A stretch of DNA of 64,000 nt from assembly GCA_964035545.1 (NCBI GenBank), contig OZ037768.1:15199675-15263674 (forward strand), written 5' to 3'. The translations under genes were made by a program, and so were the position numbers. This DNA is from Bugula neritina. Lineage: Eukaryota; Animalia; Bryozoa. Numbering within the stretch: the first letter of the stretch is position 1; every line of letters starts with the position of its first letter. Shown piece by piece: positions 63,301-64,000 of this stretch. Under the pieces are notes generated by a model that searched no databases, was not told where the DNA came from, and worked only from the letters and a program-made list of their open reading frames with translations.

Positions 63301-64000
63301 CTGAAATACACTGTAACATATTGAAATACACTGCAACACATTGAAACATTCCGCAACATACCGAAATATATGGTAACCTAATGAAATACACTGTAACACG
63401 TTGAAGTACACTGCAACATATTGAAATACACTGCAACACACTAAAGTATACTGTAATTTACAGAAATGTACTGTAACATACTGAAACATGCGGCAACATA
63501 TTGAAATATACTGCAACACATTGAAATATACTGCAACTTACTGAAATGTGCTGCAGCATACTGAAATACACTGCAACACAGTGAAGTATACTCTAATATA
63601 CAGAAATGTACTGTAAAATAGTGAAATATACTGCAACATACTGAAATACACCGTAACATACTGAAATACACTGTAACATATTGAAATACACTGCAACACA
63701 CCAACATATACTTAAACATACCAAAAAACATGGTAAACTACTGAAATATGTTACAAACTATTGAAACATACTGCAACATAATGAAATATACTGCAACATA
63801 CTGAAAGATATTGCAACATACTGCAACATACTGAAATACACTGTAGAATACTGCAATATACTGCAACATACTGAAATATACTGCAAGATACTGCAAAATA
63901 CTGAAATACATTGTAAGATACCTAATTACACTGCAACATACTGCAACATACTGCAACATATTGAAATACACTGTAACATATTGAAAAACACTACAACACA
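48300..64000 (+). repeat. 8910-bp-period duplication (about 48.3-55.1 kb repeated at about 57.2-64.0 kb, truncated by the window end)
   Basis: ORF pairs 48413/57323, 50500/59410, 51201/60111, 53402/62312 and 54828/63738 are offset 8910. The -1 deletion ATATATGCGAC is shared at 53461/62371. A few SNVs distinguish the copies. Confidence 0.9.
51910..54345 (+). repeat. 1220/1219-bp tandem duplication nested in the 8910-bp unit (again at about 60,820-63,255)
   Basis: ACTAAAAAAC at 51971/53191 (1220). ORFs 52427/53646 and 52912/54131 (1219, after the 1-bp deletion at about 53461). The ACTGGAATAC variant is shared at 52401/53620. Confidence 0.85.

Larger units (their letters stand above)
1..64000 (+). 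repeat. Tandem satellite array, 10-bp monomer / 20-bp dimer (consensus ACATACTGAA-ATATACTGCA), single orientation, extends past both window ends
   Basis: Every line consists of variants of ACATACTGCA, ACATACTGAA and ATACACTGTA in 10-bp register. The consensus 20-mer has 9 A, 5 T, 4 C and 2 G. No non-satellite insertion and no orientation switch was seen, and all ORFs in the track lie on the minus strand. Confidence 0.99.
33000..64000 (+). repeat. Right satellite subfamily domain, highly homogeneous, built from a 3991-bp higher-order unit and its derivatives
   Basis: Diagnostic modules: GAAGTTCACTGCAACACATTGAAAT(A/G)AACTG...TATACTTCAAC, ATACTCCAACATACTAAAA, CTAAAGTATACTGTAATTT and the register-breaking CAGCTTAAGAG module. 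ORF offsets of 3991: 33153/37144, 33755/37746, 35235/39226, 36117/40108. Confidence 0.9.

Noticed and set aside
1-64000. CRISPR array with the GGTAACC box as the direct repeat
   Set aside because: The intervening sequence is the same satellite, not unique spacers. Spacing is irregular and there are no cas genes or leader.
1-64000. Telomeric repeat array
   Set aside because: There is no G-run-rich strand, and the monomers are heterogeneous with kb-scale higher-order structure, unlike telomerase-templated repeats. A subtelomeric location cannot be excluded.
1-64000. Identity with known short satellites (Drosophila AATAACATAG 10-mer, Parascaris germline-eliminated TTGCA pentamer, human HSat GGAAT)
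   Set aside because: Only the monomer length or a 5-bp TGCAA word is shared and the consensus differs. No taxonomic or DNA-elimination claim is supportable without a database search.
1-64000. Promoter, TATA or polyadenylation signals (TATA, AATAAA in GAAATAAACTG) and tRNA/rRNA genes
   Set aside because: These words are single-base variants of the AT-rich monomer with no gene context, and no structured RNA gene sequence is present.
1-64000. Large inversion or head-to-head junction in the array
   Set aside because: No extended TGCAGTATGT-type tract appears on the plus strand and there are no plus-strand ORFs. Only 9-12 bp local dyads were seen.

Overview
The whole 64 kb is one uninterrupted, single-orientation satellite DNA array. 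I found no credible gene, RNA gene, transposon, CRISPR array or unique sequence. The monomer is 10 bp (ACATACTGCA, ACATACTGAA, ATATACTGCA, ATACACTGTA), usually paired as a 20-bp dimer ACATACTGAA-ATAYACTGYA, with a faint 5-bp substructure. All listed ORFs are minus-strand by-products of a stop-free repeat strand. What is interesting is the architecture. A vocabulary of diverged modules, many anchored on a GGTAACC box, is shuffled and amplified into nested higher-order repeats: 70, 280, 510, 580, 1205, 1219, 2248, 2456, about 3285, 3991, 5269, 8910 and 9187 bp, plus longer-range matches at 12,639 and about 14,300 bp. There is a left subfamily domain (1 to about 29.0 kb), a diverged transition zone (about 29-33 kb) and a more homogeneous right domain (about 33-64 kb). 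Every higher-order period I checked equals a multiple of 10 plus the sum of a few fixed, inherited indels, so those rearrangements all kept the 10-bp register. The pattern fits a eukaryotic heterochromatic or (peri)centromeric satellite with layered expansion. Neither organism nor function can be determined from this sequence. Boundaries were read by eye and from ORF-track offsets and are approximate.
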